A DNA stretch of 64,000 bases from Candidatus Hydrogenedentota bacterium (lineage in GTDB: Bacteria > Hydrogenedentota > Hydrogenedentia > Hydrogenedentales > SLHB01), in NCBI GenBank assembly GCA_963745075.1, contig CAVUWV010000008.1:384001-448000 (forward strand). The letters are read 5' to 3'. The stretch's first letter is position 1. Every line of letters starts with the position of its first letter. Under the pieces are notes generated by a model that worked only from the letters and a program-made list of their open reading frames with translations, did not search any database and was not told where the DNA came from. A program made the translations under genes and the position numbers. This document shows, piece after piece, positions 1-9,245 of this stretch.

Positions 1-407
1 GTTCCGTACTCGGCGCCATGATCGGCTATGGGATCGGCTTGGGCCTCTGGGCGGCCGTGAGCCATTTCTTCTTTGCCTATGTGCCCGGGTTTACGCCCGA
101 CAAATTTGAATACGTTACAGCACTCTACGAACGGTGGAACTTCTGGGTCGTGTTTATCGCCGCGTTTACGCCCATCCCGTTTAAGGTCATCACGATCACG
201 GCGGGCGTCTGCGCGATCAACTTCCCCATGTTCCTGATCGCGTCCATTGTAGGGCGGGCGGCACGATTCGTGGTCGTGTCATTTCTCCTCTACAAGTTCG
301 GCGAACCGATTCACGATTTCATCGACCGGCGATTCAATCTGGTCACGATCGTGTTTACGGTTTTACTCGTTGGGGGATTCTTCTTACTGCGATTTGTAGG
401 CAACTGA
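1..407 (+). CDS. YqaA/DedA (VTT-domain) membrane protein, 5' end outside window
   Basis: Hydrophobic ORF with the family motif FTPIPFKV...AG...F.IAS..GR..RF; frame is open from the window edge. Confidence 0.8.
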   Translation, partial: SVLGAMIGYGIGLGLWAAVSHFFFAYVPGFTPDKFEYVTALYERWNFWVVFIAAFTPIPFKVITITAGVCAINFPMFLIASIVGRAARFVVVSFLLYKFGEPIHDFIDRRFNLVTIVFTVLLVGGFFLLRFVGN

Positions 408-543
408 GAAGGGCGCCGGCGTCTCGTCTGGCCATGATTCGACGTCCTACCGCCGGTCGTAAGACAAAGAAATACAGAATCGCGCTCTTTCATGCGCGTT
501 ACAGCACGCCGCCCAAGGCGGTGCAAAAGGGAGAATAGGAAGC

Positions 544-2382
544 ATGTGCGGAATCGTTGGATACCTCGGGGATAACCACAATGCCGTGGACGTTATTATG
601 GCCGGACTTCACCGGCTCGAATATCGCGGCTACGACTCGGCTGGCGTGGCCATCGTAAAAAACGGCTCCCTCGCGTCCGTCAAGAGCCTCGGTAAACTGG
701 TTTCCATGGATGCCAAGCTCGAGCAGAGTCCCCTCAACGGCTCGCTCGGCATCGGCCACACCCGCTGGGCGACACACGGCGTGCCCAGCGAAACCAATTC
801 GCATCCCCACTTCGACGGCGCCATGGAGATTGCGGTGGTCCACAACGGCATCATCGAGAACTACCAGGAACTCCGTGAATCCCTGCAAGCCGACGGCGTG
901 GTATTCCGCAGCCAGACCGACACCGAGACCATCGCCCACCTCGTGCGCAAGTACTACCAGGGCGACCTCTTCGTCGCCGTAAAGCGCGCCCTCCAGGATG
1001 TGGAAGGCGCCTACGCCATCGGCGTCATTTGCAAAGACAACCCGGACGTGCTGATCGCCGCCCGTCACGGCAGCCCCCTGATCGTGGGGCTCGGCGACAA
1101 TGAAGCCTATATCGCGTCCGACGTGCCCGCCATCATGAAATACACCCGCAAGGTCCTCTACATCGACAACGGCCAGGTCTGCGAAATCCGCCGCGACGGC
1201 TACAAGATCGAAGACCTGCAAGGCAATCCCGTGAAGCTCGAAGTGAAGACCGTCGACTGGGACGACTCCGCCGCCGAGAAGGAAGGCTATCCCCACTTCA
1301 TGTTGAAGGAGATTAACCAGCAGCCCGACGTCATCCGCAACACCCTGCGCGGCCGCGTCACGGAAGGGTCCGACGAGGTCAACCTGCGGGATATGCAATT
1401 GACCGAGCAGGAACTCAAGGACTGCAAGAAGATCGTCATCGTCAGTTGCGGAACGGCATGGCACGCCGGGCTCGTCGGCAAGTATCTCATCGAGAAATTC
1501 GCCCAGGTCCCCGTCGAAGTCGATATCGCGTCGGAGTACCGCTACCGCGATCCCATCGTCTACCCGAACACCATCGTCATCCCCGTGACCCAGTCCGGTG
1601 AAACGGCCGACACGCTGGAGGCCATCCGCATCGCCAAGAGCAAAGGCGCCAAGGTCGTCTCGATTGTCAACGTCGTCGGCTCCAGCATCGCCCGCGAATC
1701 CCACGGCGTGATCTACACCCAGGCCGGCCCGGAAATCGGCGTCGCCTCCACCAAGGCCTATACCTCGCAGATCACCGCCTTCGCCTTGTTCACCATCTGG
1801 CTCGGAGAAACCCGCGGCGTCCTGTCCAAGGCCGAAGCCAAGGAGATGATCACCCATCTGCGCGCTATTCCGGACAAGATCCAGTGGTGTCTCGACAACC
1901 AGGAAGACGTGATTCGCTGCGCCGAGGATCCCAAATACCTCAACGCCCAGAGTGCCCTGTACCTGGGACGCAGCTTCAATTTCCCGAGTGCGCTCGAGGG
2001 CGCCCTCAAGCTCAAGGAAATCAGCTACATTCACGCCGAAGGCTACGGCGCCGGCGAAATGAAGCACGGACCCATCGCCCTGGTGACCGATGAGTTGCCC
2101 GTCGTGTGCGTCGCCGTCAAAGGCGAAACCTACGACAAGATGGTGTCCAACATTCAGGAGATTCGCGCGCGTGAAGGTGTCGTGCTTTCCGTGGCAACCG
2201 TCGGTGACGAAAGCATTGAGAAGCACAGCAAGGACGTCATCTACGTACCGGACTGTTACGAACCTTTCAGCCCCATCGTGGTCGCGGTGCCGCTCCAGTT
2301 GTTGGCCTACTACATCGCCGCCAACCGCGGCTGCGACGTGGACCAGCCACGCAACCTCGCCAAGAGCGTGACTGTCGAATAA
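544..2382 (+). CDS. glmS: Glutamine--fructose-6-phosphate aminotransferase (isomerizing)
   Basis: MCGIVG N-terminus, LEYRGYDSAG, GHTRWATHG, C-terminal DQPRNLAKSVTVE. Confidence 0.99.
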   Translation: MCGIVGYLGDNHNAVDVIMAGLHRLEYRGYDSAGVAIVKNGSLASVKSLGKLVSMDAKLEQSPLNGSLGIGHTRWATHGVPSETNSHPHFDGAMEIAVVHNGIIENYQELRESLQADGVVFRSQTDTETIAHLVRKYYQGDLFVAVKRALQDVEGAYAIGVICKDNPDVLIAARHGSPLIVGLGDNEAYIASDVPAIMKYTRKVLYIDNGQVCEIRRDGYKIEDLQGNPVKLEVKTVDWDDSAAEKEGYPHFMLKEINQQPDVIRNTLRGRVTEGSDEVNLRDMQLTEQELKDCKKIVIVSCGTAWHAGLVGKYLIEKFAQVPVEVDIASEYRYRDPIVYPNTIVIPVTQSGETADTLEAIRIAKSKGAKVVSIVNVVGSSIARESHGVIYTQAGPEIGVASTKAYTSQITAFALFTIWLGETRGVLSKAEAKEMITHLRAIPDKIQWCLDNQEDVIRCAEDPKYLNAQSALYLGRSFNFPSALEGALKLKEISYIHAEGYGAGEMKHGPIALVTDELPVVCVAVKGETYDKMVSNIQEIRAREGVVLSVATVGDESIEKHSKDVIYVPDCYEPFSPIVVAVPLQLLAYYIAANRGCDVDQPRNLAKSVTVE

Positions 2383-2404
2383 CGGCACTCCGGATCGAAA
2401 ACAC

Positions 2405-2446
2405 AGGCGGCGCTTCCCACGAAAATGGGAAGCGCCGCCTTCTTTT
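2405..2446 (+). terminator. Intrinsic terminator after glmS, possibly bidirectional
   Basis: 15-bp perfect stem AGGCGGCGCTTCCCA/TGGGAAGCGCCGCCT, 6-nt loop, then TCTTTT; GTGTTTT follows the stem on the minus strand. Confidence 0.85.
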
Positions 2447-2463
2447 GTCTCACTTGTTAGGTT

Positions 2464-2583
2464 CTACGGCACCAGCGCCAGGTAATACGTGGTCACAAAC
2501 ACCAGAATCAAATACAGGGGATACAGGAGTTGGCCGAGTACACCGGAACTCAGCATTTGCAACAGTTGCGTGAAATCAATCAT
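2464..2583 (-). CDS. Small hydrophobic protein, 39 aa (MIDFTQLLQMLSSGVLGQLLYPLYLILVFVTTYYLALVP)
   Basis: ATG..TAG frame read by hand; strong RBS AGGGAGG about 10 nt upstream; one transmembrane-like segment; below the ORF-track length cutoff. Confidence 0.65.
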   Translation of the reverse strand: MIDFTQLLQMLSSGVLGQLLYPLYLILVFVTTYYLALVP

Positions 2584-2772
2584 CGTGACGTTTCCTCCCT
2601 TACCGTACCTGGTATAATTACGCCCCACTGGGCCCTGCCGTTACAAGAATCTACCCTTCTGAACGACCCTCATCCTACCGCATAGCAGCGGATTGATGAT
2701 TCGCTATCCAATCCTCGTGCTCGTAATCGTAATCGACAGAGCCGAGAATCCATTTCTGGGCCGTCACCACCT

Positions 2773-3249
2773 TTACCCCGCCGGTCGCCATTCCCGGCCC
2801 GCACGGGCGGCCGAAATCTGTTCAAGATGATGTTCGGTATGCCGGGCGAACCCGGAAATACCCTTACGCACCGTCATCAACCCCGCTTCCGAATGCTCGA
2901 ACTGACGCTCCAACGCCTCATCTTCATGCGTCTCCAGTAGATAGATGAGTTGATTGCGCGCTGCCAGAAATAGATCGCGGCAGATCGGCAGTGGCCGCGC
3001 GGCGTAGTCCAACTCCCGCGCCCACGCGTCCTGGTCAAACCCCTCGATGCGGCTCCCCGGTTCCGCAAGACCCCGGCAAAGCCGCCACAAATACACCACC
3101 TCGCAATCGGTCAAATGCACCAGAATTTCCCGCACGGACCACTTTCCCGCACCGTACGCCTTCGTCAGATCGTTCGCCGGCGCTTCAAACTGCTCCAGGA
3201 CCGCATCCCGGGAACGCGTAAAGGAATCAACAAGTTCAATGCGGTTCAC
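2773..3249 (-). CDS. DinB/YfiT-like putative metalloenzyme
   Basis: GKWSVREILVHLTDCE, FDQDAWA and C-terminal HTEHHLEQI His motifs. Confidence 0.85.
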   Translation of the reverse strand: MNRIELVDSFTRSRDAVLEQFEAPANDLTKAYGAGKWSVREILVHLTDCEVVYLWRLCRGLAEPGSRIEGFDQDAWARELDYAARPLPICRDLFLAARNQLIYLLETHEDEALERQFEHSEAGLMTVRKGISGFARHTEHHLEQISAARAGREWRPAG

Positions 3250-3310
3250 GGTTCACTCTCCATCCATCGGCACCCACAAGCAATGCTGTCCATCCGCGTC
3301 CGTACATATT

Positions 3311-3439
3311 TCGTACTCGCTCTCGTACTCGTACGCGTACTCGACAAAATCCCGCGAACTCTCGGGGTAGACAAACAAAGTAATCGCTCACTTCCCTGTG
3401 CTTCCACGCGCGTCTTCTTCGAGTACGAGAGCGAGTACG
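3311..3439. repeat. Inverted pair of TCGTAC-type hexamer arrays
   Basis: TCGTAC TCGCTC TCGTAC TCGTAC GCGTAC TCGACA (3311-3346) and reverse arm CGAGTACGAGAGCGAGTACG (3420-3439). Confidence 0.8.
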
Positions 3440-3446
3440 TTTCGAG

Positions 3447-5372
3447 TCACAACGCCGCGGACGCTAACTCATCCAGTTCGTCTTGAATGCTCTGCGTCAC
3501 CGGGAACCGGAATCCCGTCTTTGGATCCAGGTCGAGATCCAGGACCTTCATCGTCACCGGCAACTGCTCGCGTTTCCACTGATTGTAGGTAAACAGTTTG
3601 CCGAAATTGCTCGTCCACGTGCGAAGCTGCTCCACGTCGTGGTCCGAATGACGATGCACGAGAATACGCCAGCAGTCCGGAAGCGACATCCTGCGCCGCG
3701 CAAACAGGTACAGCAGGTCGTCCAACACCACGTACGGCATCAGGTCCGCCTCATCCTGCTGATCGGGCGCCAGTTCCGCGCTGGGCGGAATATCGAGTAT
3801 CCGTTGCAGTGACTTGATGCCGTCTCGTTTCGCCACGTACTCCAACAACATGGAAACCAGCGTCTTCGGGACGTTCGCAATCGGCGAGTAACCGCCCTGG
3901 TTATCGCCGCCGGTGGTCGTGTAGCCGACCGCCGCTTCGCTCAAGTTTGACGTCACGAGCAACAACGCCTGCGCGCTGTTCGCCCAGTTCAGCATCATGT
4001 TGCCACGGACCCGCGCTTGCAGGTTCTGGCGCGCCAGCGGCGTCACGTGTTCTTCGCCGTCCATCAACTCGCCCGCTTTCTCCAGCGCAACCTTGGCCTC
4101 CTTCTCGATGGACACCACGCGAAACGGCACACCCAGTTCTTTCGCCAGCGCGCGGGACGCCTGACGCGTCGCGCTGCTGCTGTATGCCTTGTTCGGCAGG
4201 TACACCGTCGAAACGCGTTCGGCGTAACGCGACGCGTCACGCCCCTGATTCAGCGCCTTCGACGCATACACCGCAAGCAACAGGCACAGCGCACTGTCGC
4301 GACCGCCGGACAGCGCGATCAGAAACCGTTTGAACGCGCCCACCTTCTCGAAGTAATCCCGCAGCCCCAGCACCAGCGCCTCGAACAGTTCGTCGAAATA
4401 CCGGTTCGCTTCGTTGACCACTCGCGCTTCCCCAGGCACAAAGAAACTTCGTGGAAGCTGCGCCGCAAAATCCTTCGCCGGCGCCGGCACATAGTCGCCG
4501 TCACGCGCATCCACCACAGCAATCGACGCGCCTTCGGCAAGCCGCGACGCTTCCTGACGCCACGTCGTGTTTTCCGACCGCACCCGCGAAATGTCGTCAA
4601 GATTCACGATCCCGGTGGTCAACGTCCACGGTTGCATCGATAACACGTCGCCGTCCGCAATGACCCCTTCGGGGGTGGCGATCATCCCGCCGCCGTCGAA
4701 CACCAACCGGCTGTTGTCGCACCCCAACAGGTTCGCATAGGCGTACACGCAAGCCAGGCTGCCCGCTGCGCCCAGGATCAAGCGCCGGCGCTGCTCGTTC
4801 TTCAACGGCGTAAACGGCGATGCGCTCGGGTTGCAGATGATCTCCGCCCCGGCGCGAACCCGCGCGTACGCGGGTGAATTGGTGGACCATAAGTCCTCGC
4901 ATATCTCCGCGCTGACCTTCCCGTACGGCAGATCGAATACGACCTCGCCCGCCGGCACGCCGTGGACCTCCGTCGCCCCGCTGCGCCACGCGGCCCAGTT
5001 CCGTCCTTCGTAGAAAATGCTGTACGTGGGCAGATACTTCTTCAGTACCAATCCGCGCACGCTGCCGTCGTGGATCAGCGCTGCCGCGTTGTACATCATC
5101 GCGTCGATACGGACCGGCAGCCCCACGAAGACGGAAATCCCCTCGCAATGGTCCGCGAGATCCGTCAAGGCCTGCCAGCTCCGGCGCGCAATATCCGGCC
5201 ACCAGATGCGATCTTCGAGGCTGTATCCCGACAGACATAGTTCCGGCGTGACCAGGAGATGCACGCCCTGTGCCTTTGCCTCGCCGATCACCTCGCGCAG
5301 CCGCCCCGCGTTGCCGGCAAAATCACCGACCTTGACGGATACCGCCGCTACGCCGACTCGAACCAATCGCAT
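3447..5372 (-). CDS. nadE: Glutamine-dependent NAD+ synthetase
   Basis: Nitrilase-like N-domain (PELCLSGY, KKYLP, EICEDLW) plus synthetase domain (LSGGRDS, QNLQARVR, PPSAELAPDQ); start taken at MRLVRVG. Confidence 0.95.
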   Translation of the reverse strand: MRLVRVGVAAVSVKVGDFAGNAGRLREVIGEAKAQGVHLLVTPELCLSGYSLEDRIWWPDIARRSWQALTDLADHCEGISVFVGLPVRIDAMMYNAAALIHDGSVRGLVLKKYLPTYSIFYEGRNWAAWRSGATEVHGVPAGEVVFDLPYGKVSAEICEDLWSTNSPAYARVRAGAEIICNPSASPFTPLKNEQRRRLILGAAGSLACVYAYANLLGCDNSRLVFDGGGMIATPEGVIADGDVLSMQPWTLTTGIVNLDDISRVRSENTTWRQEASRLAEGASIAVVDARDGDYVPAPAKDFAAQLPRSFFVPGEARVVNEANRYFDELFEALVLGLRDYFEKVGAFKRFLIALSGGRDSALCLLLAVYASKALNQGRDASRYAERVSTVYLPNKAYSSSATRQASRALAKELGVPFRVVSIEKEAKVALEKAGELMDGEEHVTPLARQNLQARVRGNMMLNWANSAQALLLVTSNLSEAAVGYTTTGGDNQGGYSPIANVPKTLVSMLLEYVAKRDGIKSLQRILDIPPSAELAPDQQDEADLMPYVVLDDLLYLFARRRMSLPDCWRILVHRHSDHDVEQLRTWTSNFGKLFTYNQWKREQLPVTMKVLDLDLDPKTGFRFPVTQSIQDELDELASAAL

Positions 5373-5406
5373 GGATTCCGCTTGTCTCCGTTTTATCAAC
5401 GTCCCA

Positions 5407-5496
5407 AAAGATCTGAAGGACCAAAGGGGCCAAAAGGACTCCACTCGATCTGCGGCCGTTGAGGTCCTTCTTGTCCTTTAGGTCGTTTCTTGTCCC
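5407..5496. repeat. Inverted pair of degenerate 9-mer arrays in the pncB-nadE spacer
   Basis: AAAGATCTG AAGGACCAA AGGGGCCAA AAGGAC ... GTCCTTCTT GTCCTTTAG GTCGTTTCT TGTCCC. Confidence 0.6.
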
Positions 5497-5521
5497 GCCC
5501 CCATTCTACACGCCCGCGTCG

Positions 5522-6985
5522 TCACACTGCATCCGTCCGGTTCATCAGCTCGTCCTTCAACGCTCCAACCTTCTCGGACAGCAGAACCTTATAGATCTCC
5601 GGGTTGCGCAGCCGCTTGTACTCTTCCGGCAGTTTGCCCAATTGATCGAGGTACCGCTGACGCATCACCGGCACGGCCTCGTGCTCCCGGCGCTCGCCGT
5701 TCTCGTAGACCGTCTTCAGCAGCGCCTCCGCATGGGTCGCCCGCCGCAGCCGGACCGTCCGGTGCGGTTGCGTGTCGTCCCGTCCCTGGATCGGACCGGA
5801 CGTCGCCCACGTTTCGTCCGCGCCGTACAACACATCGCCCGACGGCTGCTCGAATTCGTCGTAGTAGCGCACCACCATCTTCCGGCACGGGTTCGTCGCC
5901 TTGGCAACGTTGGACGAAATCTTCATGCGCGGCTGCCATGCGCCGTCTTCACGAACGGCCACCAGCTTGTACACGCCGCTCAGCGACGGACAATCCTTCG
6001 ACGTAATCAAATGCGTTCCCACGCCCCACGCGTTGATCTTGGCGCCCTGCCGTTTAAGGTCCGCGATCAAATCCTCCTCGAGGTCGTTCGACGCCACGAT
6101 GGTCGGGTTCTCGATACCCGCCTCCCGCATCATGCGATAGGCGATCTTGCTCAGTTTCGCCAGGTCACCCGAGTCGAGACGAATTGCCGTCCGGACCGGA
6201 ATACCCTGTTCCCGCAGCTCTTTGAACACCGTAATCGCGTTCGGCACACCGCTCTCGATCGTGTCATACGTGTCGACCAATAAGACGCACCGCTCCGGAT
6301 ACCGCCGGGCGAAGGCGCGAAACGCTTCCAACTCACTCGAAAAACTCATCACCCAACTGTGCGCGTGCGTCCCCGAGACGGGGATCCCGTAAATCTTCCC
6401 GGCGAGCACGTTGGACGTAGACGAGCACCCCCCGATGTACGACGCCCGCGACCCGCTCAGCGCCCCGTCCGGACCGTGCGCCCGGCGCATGCCGAACTCC
6501 ATAACCGGATCGCCGACTGCGGCTAAGGTGACGCGCGACGCCTTCGTCGCAATGAGGGTCTGGTAATTCAGCATGTTGAGCAGCGAACTCTCGACCAACT
6601 GCGTTTCGAAGATGCTGCCTTCCACCTGTACGATGGGCTCGTTCGGAAACACCAGTGTCCCCTCCGGCACGGCGCGTACCGTGCACCGGGGCCGGAACTG
6701 GCGCAGATACGAAAGAAATTCGCCGTCGAAAACCTCCTGCGACCGCAGGTACTCGATATCGTCTTCCTCGAATCGCAGATGTTCGAGATAGTCGAGAAAC
6801 GGTCCCAGCCCCGCCGCGACCGCGAACCCGTTGTGGGGCGGCAGATGGCGAAAGAAATACTCAAAACTCACCTGCAAATCGGCGCGCCCTTCCCGCAAGT
6901 ACCCCGCCATCATCGTCAACTCATAAAAATCCGTGAGCAGCGCCATCCCTTCCCGGTTACGCCACGGGTGCGTTACGGGGCTCAT
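5522..6985 (-). CDS. pncB: Nicotinate phosphoribosyltransferase
   Basis: LLTDFYELTM, EFGMRRAHG, GTHAHSWV, LVDTYD and IRLDSGDL motifs. Confidence 0.96.
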   Translation of the reverse strand: MSPVTHPWRNREGMALLTDFYELTMMAGYLREGRADLQVSFEYFFRHLPPHNGFAVAAGLGPFLDYLEHLRFEEDDIEYLRSQEVFDGEFLSYLRQFRPRCTVRAVPEGTLVFPNEPIVQVEGSIFETQLVESSLLNMLNYQTLIATKASRVTLAAVGDPVMEFGMRRAHGPDGALSGSRASYIGGCSSTSNVLAGKIYGIPVSGTHAHSWVMSFSSELEAFRAFARRYPERCVLLVDTYDTIESGVPNAITVFKELREQGIPVRTAIRLDSGDLAKLSKIAYRMMREAGIENPTIVASNDLEEDLIADLKRQGAKINAWGVGTHLITSKDCPSLSGVYKLVAVREDGAWQPRMKISSNVAKATNPCRKMVVRYYDEFEQPSGDVLYGADETWATSGPIQGRDDTQPHRTVRLRRATHAEALLKTVYENGERREHEAVPVMRQRYLDQLGKLPEEYKRLRNPEIYKVLLSEKVGALKDELMNRTDAV

Positions 6986-7557
6986 TTCAAGGCTCCCGAT
7001 TCCGCCACCGCCACGCCGGCCAGTTTCATTTCATCGATGGCTGCGTCCCCGCTGCCTTTCGGGTTGTCCACCGCGCGGCACAGGTCCTCGAGCACGACGA
7101 CCGGGAACCCTTCCCGAACCCCGTCGAGCGCGGTCGCCTTGACGCAGTAATCGGTGGCAACGCCGCACACAAAGAGCCGGTCCACGCCGCGATCGCGCAG
7201 GTCCGCGGCCAAGTTCGTATTGTCGAAATCGCTGTAGGCTTCCCGTTCGGGGGTCGTCGCCTTGCTGATTACCCATGCGTTATCCGGAACCTCGAGATCC
7301 GGGTGAAACGCCGCACCGATCGTATCCTGCACGCAATGGGCCGGCCAGCTCCCGTCGACAAATTCGGGATCGTCGCTGAAGCTGCAATGATCGGCGGGAT
7401 GCCAGTCCCGCGTGAAGACGCAGTGGTTGAATCGTTTGGCCAGCGCGTTGATGGCCGGAATGATCGCGTCCCCGCCCTCCACGGCCAGTGCGCCGCCCGG
7501 ACAAAAATCGTTCTGCATATCCACTACGATCAACGCATCGGTCGGCCGCACGTTCAT
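6982..7557 (-). CDS. pncA: Nicotinamidase/pyrazinamidase
   Basis: VDMQNDFCPGGAL, DWHP, WPAHCV, GVATDYCV; 4-nt overlap with pncB. Confidence 0.96.
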   Translation of the reverse strand: MNVRPTDALIVVDMQNDFCPGGALAVEGGDAIIPAINALAKRFNHCVFTRDWHPADHCSFSDDPEFVDGSWPAHCVQDTIGAAFHPDLEVPDNAWVISKATTPEREAYSDFDNTNLAADLRDRGVDRLFVCGVATDYCVKATALDGVREGFPVVVLEDLCRAVDNPKGSGDAAIDEMKLAGVAVAESGALK

Positions 7558-7587
7558 GATCGGGTACCTCCCTTGGGTTGCACGCCG

Positions 7588-8124
7588 CTAGGGCAGTTCG
7601 GAAAGCGCGGCCGTGAGCGTGTTCCGCTCGGCCGCAGCATAGGTCGGAGGAATGATGTCGGACGCGCCATCTGGTCGGACGGCGTCATGAAGTCTTCTTA
7701 CAGCGTACTCGACGATCCGATCGTGGTCAAACGCCAGCGGCGGCAGATCGGTTATGGGAAACCATTCCGCCTCCCGGGCATCGTCACCGGCCTTCAACGC
7801 GTGCCGCCGGCAATCGATAAGCGCGAGGTACACGATACTGACCGCCCACCCTCGCGGGTCGCGGCCCGGATCGCCGTAGGCCCGCATCTGTCGTAGCGGC
7901 ACGTTGGACAGCCCGGTCTCCTCTTCCAGTTCGCGGGCCGCCGCCTCATCGAGCGGTTCATTCTCGTTCACGAACCCGCCCGGGATCGCCCAATGATTCT
8001 CATAGGGTTCATGTCCCCGGCGTACCAGCAACAGGCACAGCTCCCCTTCGCGAAGCGTAACGATCACCGAATCCGCCGCCATAATCGGATGCGGGTGATC
8101 GTAGGTATGCTTTTCGTCAGCCAT
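7588..8124 (-). CDS. Nudix hydrolase, NrtR-like N-domain without a wHTH domain
   Basis: Nudix box GGFVNENEPLDEAAARELEEETGL, RDPRG, AGDDA and LAFDH motifs; first gene of the NAD-salvage cluster. Confidence 0.85.
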   Translation of the reverse strand: MADEKHTYDHPHPIMAADSVIVTLREGELCLLLVRRGHEPYENHWAIPGGFVNENEPLDEAAARELEEETGLSNVPLRQMRAYGDPGRDPRGWAVSIVYLALIDCRRHALKAGDDAREAEWFPITDLPPLAFDHDRIVEYAVRRLHDAVRPDGASDIIPPTYAAAERNTLTAALSELP

Positions 8125-8149
8125 CGTCTCTCCTTCTAAATGTTTGCCT

Positions 8150-8304
8150 TTGTAATCGTACTCGTTCTCGTACTCGTAATCGAATCACCGAGTGCATCGC
8201 CCCGCGGGAATCGATCCGGAATGGCCGTGTTGGAAGATCCGCTTTCCGAGTCAGGTTTTTGAAAGTTGTCGATTGCGATTACGACACACGAGAACGAGTA
8301 CGAG
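8150..8304. repeat. Inverted pair of TCGTA(C/A) hexamer arrays
   Basis: Left arm 8150-8185 TTGTAA TCGTAC TCGTTC TCGTAC TCGTAA TCGAAT; right arm 8267-8304 in reverse orientation. Confidence 0.8.
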
Positions 8305-8412
8305 CCAGTAGAAGTAGTGGGGGAGACCCCGGTCATTCGAGCGGCTGGAAGCGCGAGGGCGAGGATACACACCCTCGCCCTCGATCACGTCACAGGTTCT
8401 TCCGCATTCGTT

Positions 8413-8937
8413 TTAGTTTGACTCGATAGCGACCTCGAATGTGCCGTTCACGCCGAACGGCTGCACGCCGGCAAGCAGGATCGTGAACGCCCACGTACCG
8501 CTGTACGTGTCCATCGTTCCGTCGCCATCGACGTCTTCGCCGTGGCCCGCCAGACTCAGCACGACGCAGGCCCCCGTGCCGCACCCGCCGGTGAGCAGCG
8601 TCAACTTGCCGTTGTCTTCCAGCAACCCGCCGATGTCGACGATGGTCGGCAACGGCTCATCGGCCCAATCGGGCAATTCGATACACGAATAATCGATCTC
8701 CGCCGAACCCGACACGCCGTGATCGCCGGGATAGCTCGCCGTGAGATCCTGCGCCAGGGTCAGCGTCAACGGACATCCCACCACTTGCTGCGCCTGGTCC
8801 GTCGAGGTGCCGTTCCACACGCCCGAGTACGTCCCCGTCGTGTCGAAGGGCGGTTTGGGAAAGCCGCCTGGACAACCCGCCGCGATCAGACCGAGCGCGA
8901 CCGCCAGACACAATCCACCTGTAATTCGTAACCTCAT
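8413..8937 (-). CDS. Hypothetical lipoprotein
   Basis: RBS GGGAGG; signal peptide MRLRITGGLCLAVALGLIAAG-CP with a lipobox Cys; beta-rich mature part with further Cys residues. Confidence 0.75.
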   Translation of the reverse strand: MRLRITGGLCLAVALGLIAAGCPGGFPKPPFDTTGTYSGVWNGTSTDQAQQVVGCPLTLTLAQDLTASYPGDHGVSGSAEIDYSCIELPDWADEPLPTIVDIGGLLEDNGKLTLLTGGCGTGACVVLSLAGHGEDVDGDGTMDTYSGTWAFTILLAGVQPFGVNGTFEVAIESN

Positions 8938-9171
8938 AGGATTCCTCCCGTACGGTCCAGGCTGCGCGTACCCTCTGCAAACACGCATCTATACGACCCC
9001 GGAAGATAGCTAGAAGGTTTCACTCGGATCGAAAGCGCATCTCCCCATACCCAACACCCATCATGGTCAATTCGTACTCGTTCTCGAACTCGTACGCGTA
9101 CTCGACGAGAACCCCTGATCCGAGATTTCCCATCTCAGTTCGCATTCCCCCGACGGCCGTTCATGCTGTCC

Positions 9172-9221
9172 AAAAAACACAACGCGCGCCGGGACTCACA
9201 TTCGAGTCACCGGCGCGCGTT
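9172..9221 (-). terminator. Intrinsic terminator after ilvB
   Basis: Stem AACGCGCGCCGG/CCGGCGCGCGTT followed by GTGTTTTTT on the minus strand. Confidence 0.75.
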
Positions 9222-9245
9222 CAAGCCGTCGCTGGAGTCTTCCGC

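Noticed and set aside
408..543. glmS ribozyme upstream of glmS
   Set aside because: The conserved AGCGCC cleavage-site and GACGAGG core sequences are not present; only a small hairpin near the RBS
499..2388. 629-aa antisense ORF over glmS, and similar long shadow ORFs opposite rpsA, rpoB/rpoC, fusA, secY and rpoA
   Set aside because: Expected from GC-rich codon bias on the sense strand; no motifs, RBS or family resemblance
3047..3486. ORFs containing SYSYSY, VLVLV or EYEYE runs (also near 9063, 22150 and 27081-27522)
   Set aside because: These are translations of the non-coding hexamer arrays, not proteins
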